A stretch of 64,000 nt of DNA. Origin: Candidatus Aenigmatarchaeota archaeon (lineage in GTDB: Archaea; Aenigmatarchaeota; Aenigmatarchaeia; QMZP01; JAFGSV01). Both the position numbers and the translations under genes were made by a program. Location of the stretch: positions 5,306 through 69,305 of the forward strand of contig JAFGSV010000024.1 in the NCBI GenBank assembly GCA_016934325.1, written 5' to 3'. A model generated the notes under the pieces. The model had not been told where the DNA came from. It saw only the letters and a list, made by a program, of their open reading frames with translations, and searched no databases. Shown here piece after piece: positions 52,079-60,898 of this stretch (position 1 is its first letter; the number at the start of each line of letters is the position of its first letter).

Positions 52079-52092
52079 ATGCCTCGGGCGGG
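52079..52092. repeat. tRNA-proximal copy of the 14-bp att-like repeat ATGCCTCGGGCGGG
   Basis: It covers the discriminator base, the 3' acceptor strand and part of the T-stem of the tRNA. It is identical to 6070-6083. Confidence 0.55.
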
Positions 52093-52223
52093 ATTTGAAC
52101 CCACGACCTCCGCGTATCCCATTTAGATCATCGAAAACTCTCGTTTTCTCAGCGCTCACAAAGACACGCTTATGAGCTTCGCCCATTATTTGTGCGGCGC
52201 TCTAACCACTGAGCCACCGAGGC
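52080..52223 (-). tRNA. tRNA with anticodon CAU (elongator Met or Ile2 type) interrupted by two putative introns
   Basis: The reverse strand reads GCCTCGG-TG-GCTC-AGTGGTTA-GAGC-G-CCGC [16 nt] GCTCATA [55 nt] A-CGCGG-AGGTC-GTGGG-TTCAAAT-CCCGC-CCGAGGC-A. Removing both inserts gives a 73-nt cloverleaf. Its anticodon stem is CCGCG/CGCGG and its loop is CUCAUAA. No CCA is encoded. Confidence 0.7.
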
Positions 52224-52525
52224 TTTTGCATGGATTGTTTACTTGTTCTCGTATTTATATCTTGTTAGGCGTTTCATTTAAAATCTCATTGAAGCTTTTA
52301 ATAACGAAAGCCATATATAATGTATGTTCACCCAGTGCAGGAAATGCCCTTATTTTACCAGGGAGAAGGACAAGCTTCGTAACGGCCACATAGTACTCGG
52401 ATTCTGCAGGCTCAGGCAGAAGCACATAACCGACACGACCATAAACAGGCCCCAGTGCAAGGAAAGGGCCGTTATGACCATACCAGATGAAGAGTCATCA
52501 GGAAAGCAAAAAGAACCATCTTTGT

Positions 52526-54586
52526 TTAACCTATCATCCCCATGACTTCCCTTGTCGCCTCGACGTCCATCCTCTTGGACATGCCGTCGACCAGTACCTT
52601 CCTGTTCTTGTAGACCAGCAGCCAGTAAGGGCAGTAGACTATCTTGGTCGATTCCGCCCAGATGCCGAAAAGCTCCGCGATCTTCGTGACCATGTCCTTG
52701 CTCACGTTGAAGTTGACTATCTTGCCCTGCAGGCCCGTCTCCTCGGGCGCGGCCGAGATGCCCGTCTTGAGCAGGTTGTGGGGGATGCTTATCCTGCTCG
52801 GCCTGTACATGTATCCGTCGCTGCTGACCAGCCCCTTCGCCATGAGTATCTTCAGTATCCTGTGGGCGTCGTTGGGCAGCAGCCGCGTGGCCGCCGACAC
52901 CTTCTCAAGGGTGGTCTGCTTCACCTTGCCGAGCAGCGCGATTATCCTCCTCTCCATGGACGAAAGCGTGACGAGGCTCCTAATCCCCCGGGTCCTCCTG
53001 ATCTCCCCATCGCTCTCGTAAACTATCTCGCCGAGCAGGCCGTCCACGTATATGCCCGCCCTGTCGCCGTTGACGGTCCCCTCGACAAACCACAGGGGAT
53101 AATGGATCTGCAGTATGCTCTCCGAGCCCTTGAACTCATGCCGGATGTCATCGAGGGTGAACCGCATCGGCAGGGCGAGGTTGGTGACGCTCACCTGGAC
53201 GGGCTCCGGCAGCACCTGTATCGCTTCCCCCCCGTGCTTGCTCCTCCTTATCCTTATCTCCGCGAGGACCGGCTGCTCGGTGACGCCTATCACCAGGGCG
53301 TTCCCTATGGGCAGGTCCCTGATCCCTTCCTTGACCCCCTGCGTTATCCCCTCGGCGGAGTCGGATATCGCCTTGAGGTCGTTGGGATTGGTGACCTTCA
53401 TGATGACCTGGGTGTTGCACTGCGAGAGGACGTTCTTGTCCACCCTCGCAGGCCTCTGCGAGATTATGCACAGGCTCAGCCCGAACTTCCTGCCCTCGGA
53501 CGCAATGGTCCTTATCATCTTCGAGGAAGCCACCTCCCCGAAGCCCCTCTCCGGGCAGAATGTGTGCGCCTCCTCCAGGACGAGGAAGAAGCCCGGTATC
53601 TGCCCCCTCTTCCTGGCGGCGAAAAGCTCCTCGACGACCTTGTACACGATCATGTGCTGTATCTCGGGCCTCGCAAACTTCAGGTCGAGTATGGAGATGA
53701 CACCGTCCTTGACGAAGTCCTGCGGGGCCGTCGGGTTGGCGGAGAACAGGTTCGTCTTCTGCAGGAAATCGAGCCCCGAGATAAGGTTCCATTTCGACTG
53801 CGACGGTATGTTGCTCACCTCGTTCATCAGGTCGGCAACCGTGTAGTCCTTGTTGCCGAGGTTCCTCATGGCCGAATATATGAGCCCCTTCTGGGTGCTC
53901 GAGACCTTGATGGGCAGGCACTGGAAGAGCTCCTCCGCCGACAGCTTCCCGTCCAGCTTCAGCCTGTTGTTCTCGGGGCTGAACACCTGCACCTGGGAGC
54001 GGTACGACTTAGGCTCGACCCCGAACTTCTCGGCATACCTCAGCTCCTTCTCCTCGTCGTTCTCCTTGACAAGGCTCGAGTACTCCCCGTGCGGGTCTAT
54101 GACAACTACAGGTATGTTCTTCTCGGCGAGCTCCTCGAGCAGCACCCCCGCCATGTAGCTCTTGCCCGCCCCTGTCTTCGCGAGTATCGAGACGTGCTTG
54201 GTAACGAGCTGCTTGACCGGCAAGTTCACGTTGATGTTGTAGCCCTCCAGCTTGCCTATGTACAGGCCTTCCTCGGGCAGCCCAAGCGTGTTCTTGATCT
54301 GCTCCTCGGACGCCGAGAACACGGGCGTCTGGGGGGCGAAGGGGACGTTGGGCGCGATGAGGAAGCCTCTCGGATTCCTGTAGCCTATGACCCTGGCCTC
54401 CGCCTTCGTCCTGTCGGCGTACCTGATTATGTTGTCGATGTAGGCCGTGACCCATTCGCCCTCGGGGGTCTTGACAGCGACGTAATCCAGCTTCTTGACC
54501 TTTGCCTCTGCCTCGAACACGAACTCCTTCGTCGTCACCCTTCCGGATATCTTTCCAAGCAGCATATGAGCACCGCCGTGTATCAC
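52526..54586 (-). CDS. HerA-like DUF87 ATPase (chromosomal copy)
   Basis: Walker A is ILAKTGAGKSYMAG and Walker B is FFLVLEEAHTFCP. The motif SQRPARVDKNVLSQCNTQVIMKV is present. The likely start is MLLGKISG at 54565. The composition is GC-rich, like the core flank. Confidence 0.8.
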   Translation of the reverse strand: MIHGGAHMLLGKISGRVTTKEFVFEAEAKVKKLDYVAVKTPEGEWVTAYIDNIIRYADRTKAEARVIGYRNPRGFLIAPNVPFAPQTPVFSASEEQIKNTLGLPEEGLYIGKLEGYNINVNLPVKQLVTKHVSILAKTGAGKSYMAGVLLEELAEKNIPVVVIDPHGEYSSLVKENDEEKELRYAEKFGVEPKSYRSQVQVFSPENNRLKLDGKLSAEELFQCLPIKVSSTQKGLIYSAMRNLGNKDYTVADLMNEVSNIPSQSKWNLISGLDFLQKTNLFSANPTAPQDFVKDGVISILDLKFARPEIQHMIVYKVVEELFAARKRGQIPGFFLVLEEAHTFCPERGFGEVASSKMIRTIASEGRKFGLSLCIISQRPARVDKNVLSQCNTQVIMKVTNPNDLKAISDSAEGITQGVKEGIRDLPIGNALVIGVTEQPVLAEIRIRRSKHGGEAIQVLPEPVQVSVTNLALPMRFTLDDIRHEFKGSESILQIHYPLWFVEGTVNGDRAGIYVDGLLGEIVYESDGEIRRTRGIRSLVTLSSMERRIIALLGKVKQTTLEKVSAATRLLPNDAHRILKILMAKGLVSSDGYMYRPSRISIPHNLLKTGISAAPEETGLQGKIVNFNVSKDMVTKIAELFGIWAESTKIVYCPYWLLVYKNRKVLVDGMSKRMDVEATREVMGMIG

Positions 54587-54652
54587 CGTTTATCAGATAG
54601 TAAATATTATTGTCCGGTTATATTTTAATCACCTTGCGTTACTTTTCAAGGT

Positions 54653-55972
54653 ATGGCCCGAATGAGGACCCAGCTTTCATCGGCGCTCGACGGCAGGATA
54701 ACGAGGGAGATGAGGATCGTTGCCAGACAGGAGCATGCCGATGCCGGCGATGTGATGGAGCGTGTCGGAAAAGGCGTCCTGGTCATCCCCTCCAATGGCT
54801 TGAAGCCTCCCCGCCGGGTCGTCGGGATAGGGCGGGGTCTCAGGACGAAGGTCAACGCGAACATCGGGACCTCCCCAGACTCGGCGGACCTTTCGCTAGA
54901 GCGCAGGAAGCTGAGGGCCGCCCTTGACGCTGGGACCGACACCGTCATGGACCTGAGCATAGGTGGGGACATTCGCAAGATAAGGAGGAGCATCATGTCG
55001 GTTTGCCCCGCTCCTCTCGGCACCGTGCCCATCTACCAGGCGACCGTTCACGCCGCTTCCGAGGGAAAGGGCATAGTCAGCATGGACGCCGATGCGATCT
55101 TCAACGCCATCGAAGAGCATGCGATGGACGGTGTCGATTTCATGACCGTCCACTGCGGCGTGACGACCCGGAGCCTTAACGAGCTGAAGAAGACGGGCAG
55201 GGTCATGGGCATCGTCAGCAGGGGAGGCTCTTTCCTTGCGACGTGGATGCTGCACAACAGGCGAGAGAATCCGCTCTACGAGCAATACGACAGGCTGCTC
55301 GGCATCGCGAGGAGATATGATATCACGCTCAGCCTCGGAGACGGCCTGAGGCCCGGCTGCCTGGCCGACGCCAACGACAGGGCCCAGCTGGCGGAGACCA
55401 GGATTCTCGGGCAGCTTGCTGCAAGGGCGAGGCAGGCCGGTGTACAGGTGATGATTGAAGGTCCTGGCCACGTACCCATGCACAAGATCAGGGAGAACAT
55501 CAGATGGCAGAAGAGGGTATGCGACGGCGCCCCCTACTACGTCCTCGGACCGCTGGTCACGGACGTGGTTCCCGGCCATGACCACATAACGGGCGCCATT
55601 GGCGGGGCGATAGCGGCCTGGCACGGCGCGGACTTCCTTTGCTACGTGACGCCTTCTGAGCACCTTTCCCTGCCGACCCCCGGCGACGTGAGGCAGGGCG
55701 TGATAGCGTCGAGAATCGCCGCGCACGCGGCGGACATAGCGAAGGGGTTGGAAGGTGCCGAAAAATGGGACGAACAGCTTTCGCGTCATAGGTTCGACCG
55801 GGACTGGAAAAGGCAGATCTCGATGAGCATGGACCCCGCCAAGGCGAAAAGAATCAGGAAGAAGAGCCGGCCGGGAGCGGAAGACGTCTGCACCATGTGC
55901 GGGGAGTACTGCGCCATAAAGCAGGTCGAAGGCCTTTTCAGGAAGAGGAAGCGAGCCCTGGGCGGCCTCTGA
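54653..55972 (+). CDS. thiC: Phosphomethylpyrimidine synthase ThiC
   Basis: The ThiC pattern runs full length: VNANIGTS, DTVMDLS, GTVPIYQA, FMTVHCG, GIVSRGGS, MIEGPGHVP and YVLGPLVTD. The C-terminal cluster motif is CTMCGEYCA. Confidence 0.92.
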   Translation: MARMRTQLSSALDGRITREMRIVARQEHADAGDVMERVGKGVLVIPSNGLKPPRRVVGIGRGLRTKVNANIGTSPDSADLSLERRKLRAALDAGTDTVMDLSIGGDIRKIRRSIMSVCPAPLGTVPIYQATVHAASEGKGIVSMDADAIFNAIEEHAMDGVDFMTVHCGVTTRSLNELKKTGRVMGIVSRGGSFLATWMLHNRRENPLYEQYDRLLGIARRYDITLSLGDGLRPGCLADANDRAQLAETRILGQLAARARQAGVQVMIEGPGHVPMHKIRENIRWQKRVCDGAPYYVLGPLVTDVVPGHDHITGAIGGAIAAWHGADFLCYVTPSEHLSLPTPGDVRQGVIASRIAAHAADIAKGLEGAEKWDEQLSRHRFDRDWKRQISMSMDPAKAKRIRKKSRPGAEDVCTMCGEYCAIKQVEGLFRKRKRALGGL

Positions 55973-56054
55973 TCTGAATAGATGTTTCGGGTTCTGCCGA
56001 AGAAAATGCAAAGCCGCTATAATATACCAGAACAACTCCTATCCAGTGAGCTGC

Positions 56055-56225
56055 ATGAAGAGGTACGCGTTGATACTGTTCATAATAATAACGTTCGCGT
56101 CCAATGCTGCAGTTGCGATGGCGAGCGAGACTGGGAATGCTTTCAGGAACGGCGTGATAGCCTACGTCATCGGCCTCGTCTGCCTGTCGTTCGCGGCGGC
56201 CTTTTTAATCATGCCGAGGAGATAA
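56055..56225 (+). CDS. Small membrane protein (below the ORF-track size cutoff)
   Basis: ATG at 56055 to TAA at 56223-56225. The sequence is MKRYALILFIIITFASNAAVAMASETGNAFRNGVIAYVIGLVCLSFAAAFLIMPRRR. It ends 4 nt before the ArsR-like gene. Confidence 0.3.
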   Translation: MKRYALILFIIITFASNAAVAMASETGNAFRNGVIAYVIGLVCLSFAAAFLIMPRR

Positions 56226-56229
56226 TGTC

Positions 56230-56793
56230 ATGGAGGACAAGATAACGCTGGACAGGGAATCGTTCAAGAGCCTGGCATCGGAGACCAGGGTTTCCATACT
56301 GAAGAGCCTTGACAGGAGGAGGAAGACGCTGACGGAGCTCAGCAAGGAGTTCGGCATGTCTCCCTCGACAGTGAAGGAGCACATGGACAACCTGTGCGGG
56401 GCGGGTCTGACGGAGCAGATCGACGAGGGCCACAAGTGGAAGTACTACGAGCTGACCATGAAGGGGAAGAATGTCCTGCATCCCGAGTACACGAAGATAT
56501 GGATCCTACTCTCGGTATCGGCTCTCGCGATAGTCGGCATATTCTACGATCTCTGGAGGATGGGTAGCGGAGCCGTGCAATTCGCGGGGAGCGCGGCCCC
56601 GCTGCTCGGGAACGCGGACAAGATCGCCGAAGTGCCGTCAGACGCCGGAGGGCAGGCAGTCTCCCAGATCGCTGCAGAGGCTCTGCCGCAGTCGATCCCC
56701 TACCTGCACATAATCGGGATACTCCTGTTCGCAGTGCTTCTGGGGTCTTGCATGACTTACATTTTCCTGAGAAGGAATAGCGTGAGGGTCTGA
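56230..56793 (+). CDS. ArsR-family winged-helix regulator with C-terminal TM segments
   Basis: The HTH is LASETRVSILKSLDRRRKTLTELSKEFGMSPSTVKEHMDNLCGAGL. The TM helices are IWILLSVSALAIVGIFY and the C-terminal YLHIIGILLFAVLLGSCMTYIF. Confidence 0.7.
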   Translation: MEDKITLDRESFKSLASETRVSILKSLDRRRKTLTELSKEFGMSPSTVKEHMDNLCGAGLTEQIDEGHKWKYYELTMKGKNVLHPEYTKIWILLSVSALAIVGIFYDLWRMGSGAVQFAGSAAPLLGNADKIAEVPSDAGGQAVSQIAAEALPQSIPYLHIIGILLFAVLLGSCMTYIFLRRNSVRV

Positions 56794-56813
56794 TGCCGGG
56801 TCCTGTGCTTCCC

Positions 56814-57071
56814 TCACATCATCTCCTTGGAAACGTAATGGGTAGCGATCAGTATGCTCAGGCCTATGATGATCGAGGCAATTAAGCTCAGCTGCCTGTC
56901 GTGAGGGAACAGGTACTCCTCCTGCAGGCCCCACACGCCTCTCCAGAAAGAAATGACCGCGAAAGCTATCAGTATGGCGAATATGCTCTGGTGCTTGAAC
57001 TTCATCTTGTTGAATTTGTCAATCATAATCAATAATTTGCGGCGATAAATAAATATCATTTTGGATATCAT
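56814..57071 (-). CDS. Small membrane protein (hypothetical)
   Basis: 85-aa ORF with two hydrophobic helices (SIFAILIAFAVISFW and LIASIIIGLSILIATHYV). The start is uncertain. Confidence 0.4.
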   Translation of the reverse strand: MISKMIFIYRRKLLIMIDKFNKMKFKHQSIFAILIAFAVISFWRGVWGLQEEYLFPHDRQLSLIASIIIGLSILIATHYVSKEMM

Positions 57072-57082
57072 GACCGGATGAA

Positions 57083-58009
57083 GTGGCGTCTCCGGCCCGG
57101 CCGGCCGGGATTTTTAAATCAGGCCATGTTATGGATAGTATGGAAGTCCTGCTGCTAGACCACCTCAAGGATGCGGACAGGCTGCTAGCGGCCGCGGGCT
57201 GGGCGACGAGGAGCGAGAGGTGCGGGGCCGAGTACAAGCCGACGGACAAGGAGGTCCGGGACATGGTGAAGTACTCCAAGGAGATGAAGCTCAGCTCCGT
57301 GCTCGACATACCCTTCTTCGTCTTCAGCATAAAGGACGTTTCGAGAGCCTTCACTCACCAGTGGGTGAGGTACAGGGTCGCCGCCCACATGCAGCAGAGC
57401 CTCCGCTACGTCAACATATCCACGGACAGCAGCAGCTGGTTCGTGGTCCCTCCGACGGTATCGGAGAAGGGCCATGGCGCTGTCGTCGGTTACATGAGGA
57501 ACCAGCGCAGTGCGGCGGAAAGCTACCGGAAGCTGATAGATTCTGGGGTGCCGATCGAGGACGCGAGGTTCGCCCTGCCCATAGGGACCAAGACCCACAT
57601 CACTACCGCCATGAACGGCGAGGAGCTGCTGCACGTCTTCAGCCAGAGGTGCTGCACTGACGCCCAGTGGGAGATTAGGGCCGTGAGCTACGCCCTGCTC
57701 GCCGCGGGGATGATGATAGCTCCCCTGCTGTTCGAAGGCGCGGGCCCGCACTGCATCGGGGACGGCGTATGCCGCGGCTCGGGCAGGGGGAAATGCAAGG
57801 GAGAGTCGCTGGAGATAATCGGCAAGATCAGAAAGGCCATCGCCGGCAGGAAGGAGGAGTATGACGGGATGGGCCCCGGATGGCTGGAGCTCGACCTCAC
57901 GGACGTGCTGGGCTATTCCGCGCCCGCCGGATTGAAGGCCGGCGTCAGGCGGGAGTTCGGCCAGGAAGCGGGGCTCGACGTGCCCGTCAAGCTGAAGATA
58001 AGGAAATGA
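57083..58009 (+). CDS. thyX: Flavin-dependent thymidylate synthase ThyX-like
   Basis: The ThyX-type motif is THQWVRYRVAAHMQQSLRY (R-x-R-x7-S-x-R-Y). The size fits ThyX. The start is either 57083 (non-ATG) or the ATG at 57129. Confidence 0.75.
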   Translation: MASPARPAGIFKSGHVMDSMEVLLLDHLKDADRLLAAAGWATRSERCGAEYKPTDKEVRDMVKYSKEMKLSSVLDIPFFVFSIKDVSRAFTHQWVRYRVAAHMQQSLRYVNISTDSSSWFVVPPTVSEKGHGAVVGYMRNQRSAAESYRKLIDSGVPIEDARFALPIGTKTHITTAMNGEELLHVFSQRCCTDAQWEIRAVSYALLAAGMMIAPLLFEGAGPHCIGDGVCRGSGRGKCKGESLEIIGKIRKAIAGRKEEYDGMGPGWLELDLTDVLGYSAPAGLKAGVRREFGQEAGLDVPVKLKIRK

Positions 58010-58013
58010 GCGG

Positions 58014-59276
58014 ATGAGCGCTATGGATGCCATAGGCAAGGAAGACGTGCTGCGCATCGTCAGGGACCAGGACAGGTGGAGAGGCACCGAGTGCCTGAAC
58101 ATGATAGCTAGCGAGAACGTCATGTCGCCCCTGGCCACCAAGGCGTACGTGTCCGACTTCATGCACAGGTACGCCGAGGGCAGCCCGTTCAAGAGGTTCT
58201 ACCAAGGGGCCAGGAACATCGACGAGCTGGAGAGCAGCGCGATCGAGCTCGCCAAGCAAGTGTTCGGCGCAACGAAGGCCGACCTGAGGCCCATCTCAGG
58301 GGGCGTAGCCAATGCGGCAGCCTTCAGCGGGCTGACGAGCCACGGGGACCTGCTCCTGAGCCCGGGCGTCGCGGGAGGCTCGCACATATCCCATGAGCCC
58401 TTCGGCGTGGCCGGGGTCCTCGGCCTCAGGGTGGAGCACGCCGCCTTCGACGAGCAGGAGTACAACATCGACGTCGACGAAAGCATCAGTAAGATCAGGA
58501 GGCTGAAGCCGAACCTAGTCACCCTCGGAGGCTCCGTCATACTCTTCCCGCATCCGGTCAGGGAATTCAGCTCGGCATGCGCGGAAGTCGGCGCCAAGCT
58601 CCTGTACGACGGCGCCCACGTGCTGGGCCTCATCGCTGGCAAGCAGTTCCAGGACCCGTTCAGGGAGGGCGCGGACATCATGACGGCGTCCACGCACAAG
58701 ACATTCCCTGGGCCCCAGGGAGGCATCATACTCGGCAACACGGAGGACGAGGCCTGGAAGAAGGTCAAGTTCAGGATATTCCCGGGGCTCGTGTCGAACC
58801 ACCACCTGCACAGGATACCAGCGATGCTGATCGCCCTGCTCGAGGCGCAGCGCTTCGGCGCGGATTATGCCAGGCAGACGGTCAAAAACGCGAGGGCTTT
58901 GGGGGAGGCGCTAGAGGAACTCGGCTTCAAGGTCCTCGCCTCGGACAAGGGCTACACGAAATCGCACCAGATACTCGTCGACGTGAGGGAGAACGGCGGC
59001 GGGAAATACGTCGCTGGCGCGCTCGAGGAAGCGAACATCATACTGAACAAGAACATCCTTGCATGGGACGACGTCAACAACCCTGACGACCCAAGCGGGC
59101 TGAGGATCGGCACCCAGGAGCTCACCAGGATGGGCATGAAGGAGAGCGAGATGAAGCACGTCGCCGAGCTTATGAGGAGGGTCGTCATGGACAAGGCCGA
59201 CAGGGTCGCGGTGAGGGAAGAGGTCATCGGGTTCAGGCGGGACTTCCAGCAGGTGCATTACTGCTTCGGGGAATGA
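58014..59276 (+). CDS. glyA: Serine hydroxymethyltransferase
   Basis: The PLP-lysine motif is TASTHKTFPGPQGGII. The SHMT N-terminus is LNMIASENVMSP...RYAEG. Confidence 0.92.
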   Translation: MSAMDAIGKEDVLRIVRDQDRWRGTECLNMIASENVMSPLATKAYVSDFMHRYAEGSPFKRFYQGARNIDELESSAIELAKQVFGATKADLRPISGGVANAAAFSGLTSHGDLLLSPGVAGGSHISHEPFGVAGVLGLRVEHAAFDEQEYNIDVDESISKIRRLKPNLVTLGGSVILFPHPVREFSSACAEVGAKLLYDGAHVLGLIAGKQFQDPFREGADIMTASTHKTFPGPQGGIILGNTEDEAWKKVKFRIFPGLVSNHHLHRIPAMLIALLEAQRFGADYARQTVKNARALGEALEELGFKVLASDKGYTKSHQILVDVRENGGGKYVAGALEEANIILNKNILAWDDVNNPDDPSGLRIGTQELTRMGMKESEMKHVAELMRRVVMDKADRVAVREEVIGFRRDFQQVHYCFGE

Positions 59277-59437
59277 TGCCCGGCAGCAAGCGAAGCCTCT
59301 CCCGTTGGTCTGAGCCCGGATGCTCTCGTGAAATCCGAAATCTCCAGCCATTGATAATTAATCAGTTGACTCGACATTCTTGGCTTCATTGCCGTCATTA
59401 TTAAGCCAGGCATAACATAATTATCACTTGTGTCCGG

Positions 59438-60862
59438 GTGACTTCCATGAGAGTGGGAAGGAAATGCGAAGATAGAGGGGATATTCCCAGCCCGGGCAAG
59501 AACAGGGACCTCGTCGGGTCGCCCATCATGAAGACGCTTTTCATCCTTGCCGCCCCGATAATCCTGGGCATGGCCATGCAGACGGGGTTCAACCTGATCG
59601 ACACCTTCTTCATAGGGATGCTTGGCTCTGAGGAGCTGGCAGCCATAGGGGTGACGTTCCCCGTCGTCTTCATATTCATCGCCATAGCATCCGGCTTGAC
59701 GGTGGGTTCCACGGCGCTGATCTCGCAGGCCATAGGCGCCGGCAAATCCAGGAGGGCCAACAACATCGCCGAGCATTCGCTTGTGATAGCCACTGCGGTC
59801 GGGGTGTGCACGGCCGTCCTTGGCGTGCTCTTCTCTCCCCCGCTCTTCTCCTACATGGGGGTCAGCGGGCACATCCTCGACATGACGATCCAGTACTCCA
59901 ATCTCATATTCCTCGGGTTCGTGTTCCTGTTCATTGGCTTCGTATCGCAGGGGATAATCCAGGCGGGAGGCGACACCGTCACCCCTACGAGGAACCTGTT
60001 CATCTCCATCGTGATAAACGTGATACTCGACCCTGTCTTCATATTCGGCATAGGGCCCTTCCCCGCCATGGGACTTGTAGGCGCCGGCGTCGCGACGGTG
60101 TTCGCGCGCCTGGTGGGGGCCATGCTGAACGTGTGGCATGTCTTCGCGGGCAAGGCCCTGGTCAAGATCGATCCCAAGTGCTTCAGGCCCGATTCCTCCA
60201 TATTCCTCAGGATAGTCAGCATAGGCCTTCCATCGTCAATAAGCCTCTCCATGAACAGCGTCGGCATGATACTGCTTATGGGGCTCGTGGGGACCTTCGG
60301 CACGGCCGCCATCGCCGCCTTCGGTGTCGGGATGAGGCTGGAGTCCCTGGCGATACTGCCGGTGATAGGACTCGTGAACGCCCTAATCCCCTTCATCGGG
60401 CAGAACCTGGGCGCGGGGAGGCAGGACAGGGCGAGGAGGGCGACGACGCTGTCTTGCTATGCGGTCATACTGTTCATGCTGGTGTTCACGGCCATGTGGT
60501 TCTTCGTCCCCAGGCTGATATTCTCCCCCTTCACGTCCGACGCCGCCATCCTGGACATAGGGGAGGGCTATTTCAGGATTATATCGTTCGGGTACGTGTT
60601 CCTCGGACTCTCATTCATCCTTGGAGCGGCCTTCCAGGCGGCCGGCCGCACGGGGCTGCAGCTGTGGGTCAACGGCCTGAGGTGGGCATTGGCGATAGGC
60701 ATCGCCTATTCGTTGGTTTCCGGCTTCGGCCTTGACGGGGTATGGGCGGGCTTCCCGCTCGGCAATTTCTTCGCCTTCCTGGTAGCGTTCGTTGTGCTTA
60801 AATCGGGATACTGGCTGCATGGCTGGGAAGAGAAGAAGGACCATGAGCGGAGTGAGCGGTGA
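59438..60862 (+). CDS. MATE-family efflux transporter
   Basis: The N-terminus is RDLVGSPIMKTLFILAAPIILGMAMQTGFNLIDTFFIGMLG. It has 12 TM-like segments in an internally duplicated architecture. Confidence 0.88.
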   Translation: MTSMRVGRKCEDRGDIPSPGKNRDLVGSPIMKTLFILAAPIILGMAMQTGFNLIDTFFIGMLGSEELAAIGVTFPVVFIFIAIASGLTVGSTALISQAIGAGKSRRANNIAEHSLVIATAVGVCTAVLGVLFSPPLFSYMGVSGHILDMTIQYSNLIFLGFVFLFIGFVSQGIIQAGGDTVTPTRNLFISIVINVILDPVFIFGIGPFPAMGLVGAGVATVFARLVGAMLNVWHVFAGKALVKIDPKCFRPDSSIFLRIVSIGLPSSISLSMNSVGMILLMGLVGTFGTAAIAAFGVGMRLESLAILPVIGLVNALIPFIGQNLGAGRQDRARRATTLSCYAVILFMLVFTAMWFFVPRLIFSPFTSDAAILDIGEGYFRIISFGYVFLGLSFILGAAFQAAGRTGLQLWVNGLRWALAIGIAYSLVSGFGLDGVWAGFPLGNFFAFLVAFVVLKSGYWLHGWEEKKDHERSER

Positions 60863-60898
60863 AGAAAGCTTTTATTCTGCTCCGCAAATTCATTTAGA

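Larger units (their letters stand above)
6070..52092. mobile_element. Integrated plasmid/provirus-like element (about 46 kb) in a tRNA(CAU) gene
   Basis: It is flanked by 14-bp direct repeats. A tyrosine integrase (50842-52020) sits beside the tRNA 3' end and Orc1/Cdc6 (6329-7369) sits at the other end. The composition is mosaic and visibly lower in GC than the flanks. The cargo is dominated by nuclease, ATPase and methylase genes. Confidence 0.6.

Noticed and set aside
52116-52170. C/D-box sRNA inside the long tRNA intron (as in some archaeal tRNA-Trp introns)
   Set aside because: CUGA is present and there is a GAUGAU string. There is no canonical RUGAUGA C box in the right order or spacing. 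Only the GAAAAC-GAGA-GUUUUC hairpin is solid.
52487-54628. 713-aa plus-strand ORF, the longest in this part of the track
   Set aside because: It is exactly antisense to the well-supported HerA-like gene. The translation is Leu/Arg/Pro/Gly/Val-rich low-complexity sequence with no motifs. This is the typical shadow ORF of GC-rich coding DNA.
54587-54652. Possible TPP riboswitch upstream of thiC
   Set aside because: Only 66 nt are available, and I cannot find the conserved CUGAGA / ACCUGAUCUGGAUAAUGCCAGCG-type core. A promoter-only region seems likely.
54896-56035. 379-aa minus-strand ORF
   Set aside because: It is antisense to thiC, which has unmistakable family motifs. Its composition is Arg/Pro/Gly-rich.
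57185-58192. 335-aa minus-strand ORF. Similar antisense ORFs are at 59258-60139, 60890-61684, 59806-60735, 27288-28253, 40695-41504, 51133-51915 and 1364-2152.
   Set aside because: All of them lie opposite to, or out of frame with, genes that have clear family signatures (thyX/glyA, MATE, DUF2156-like, SNF2, E1-like, integrase, surface protein). They have skewed, motif-free translations.
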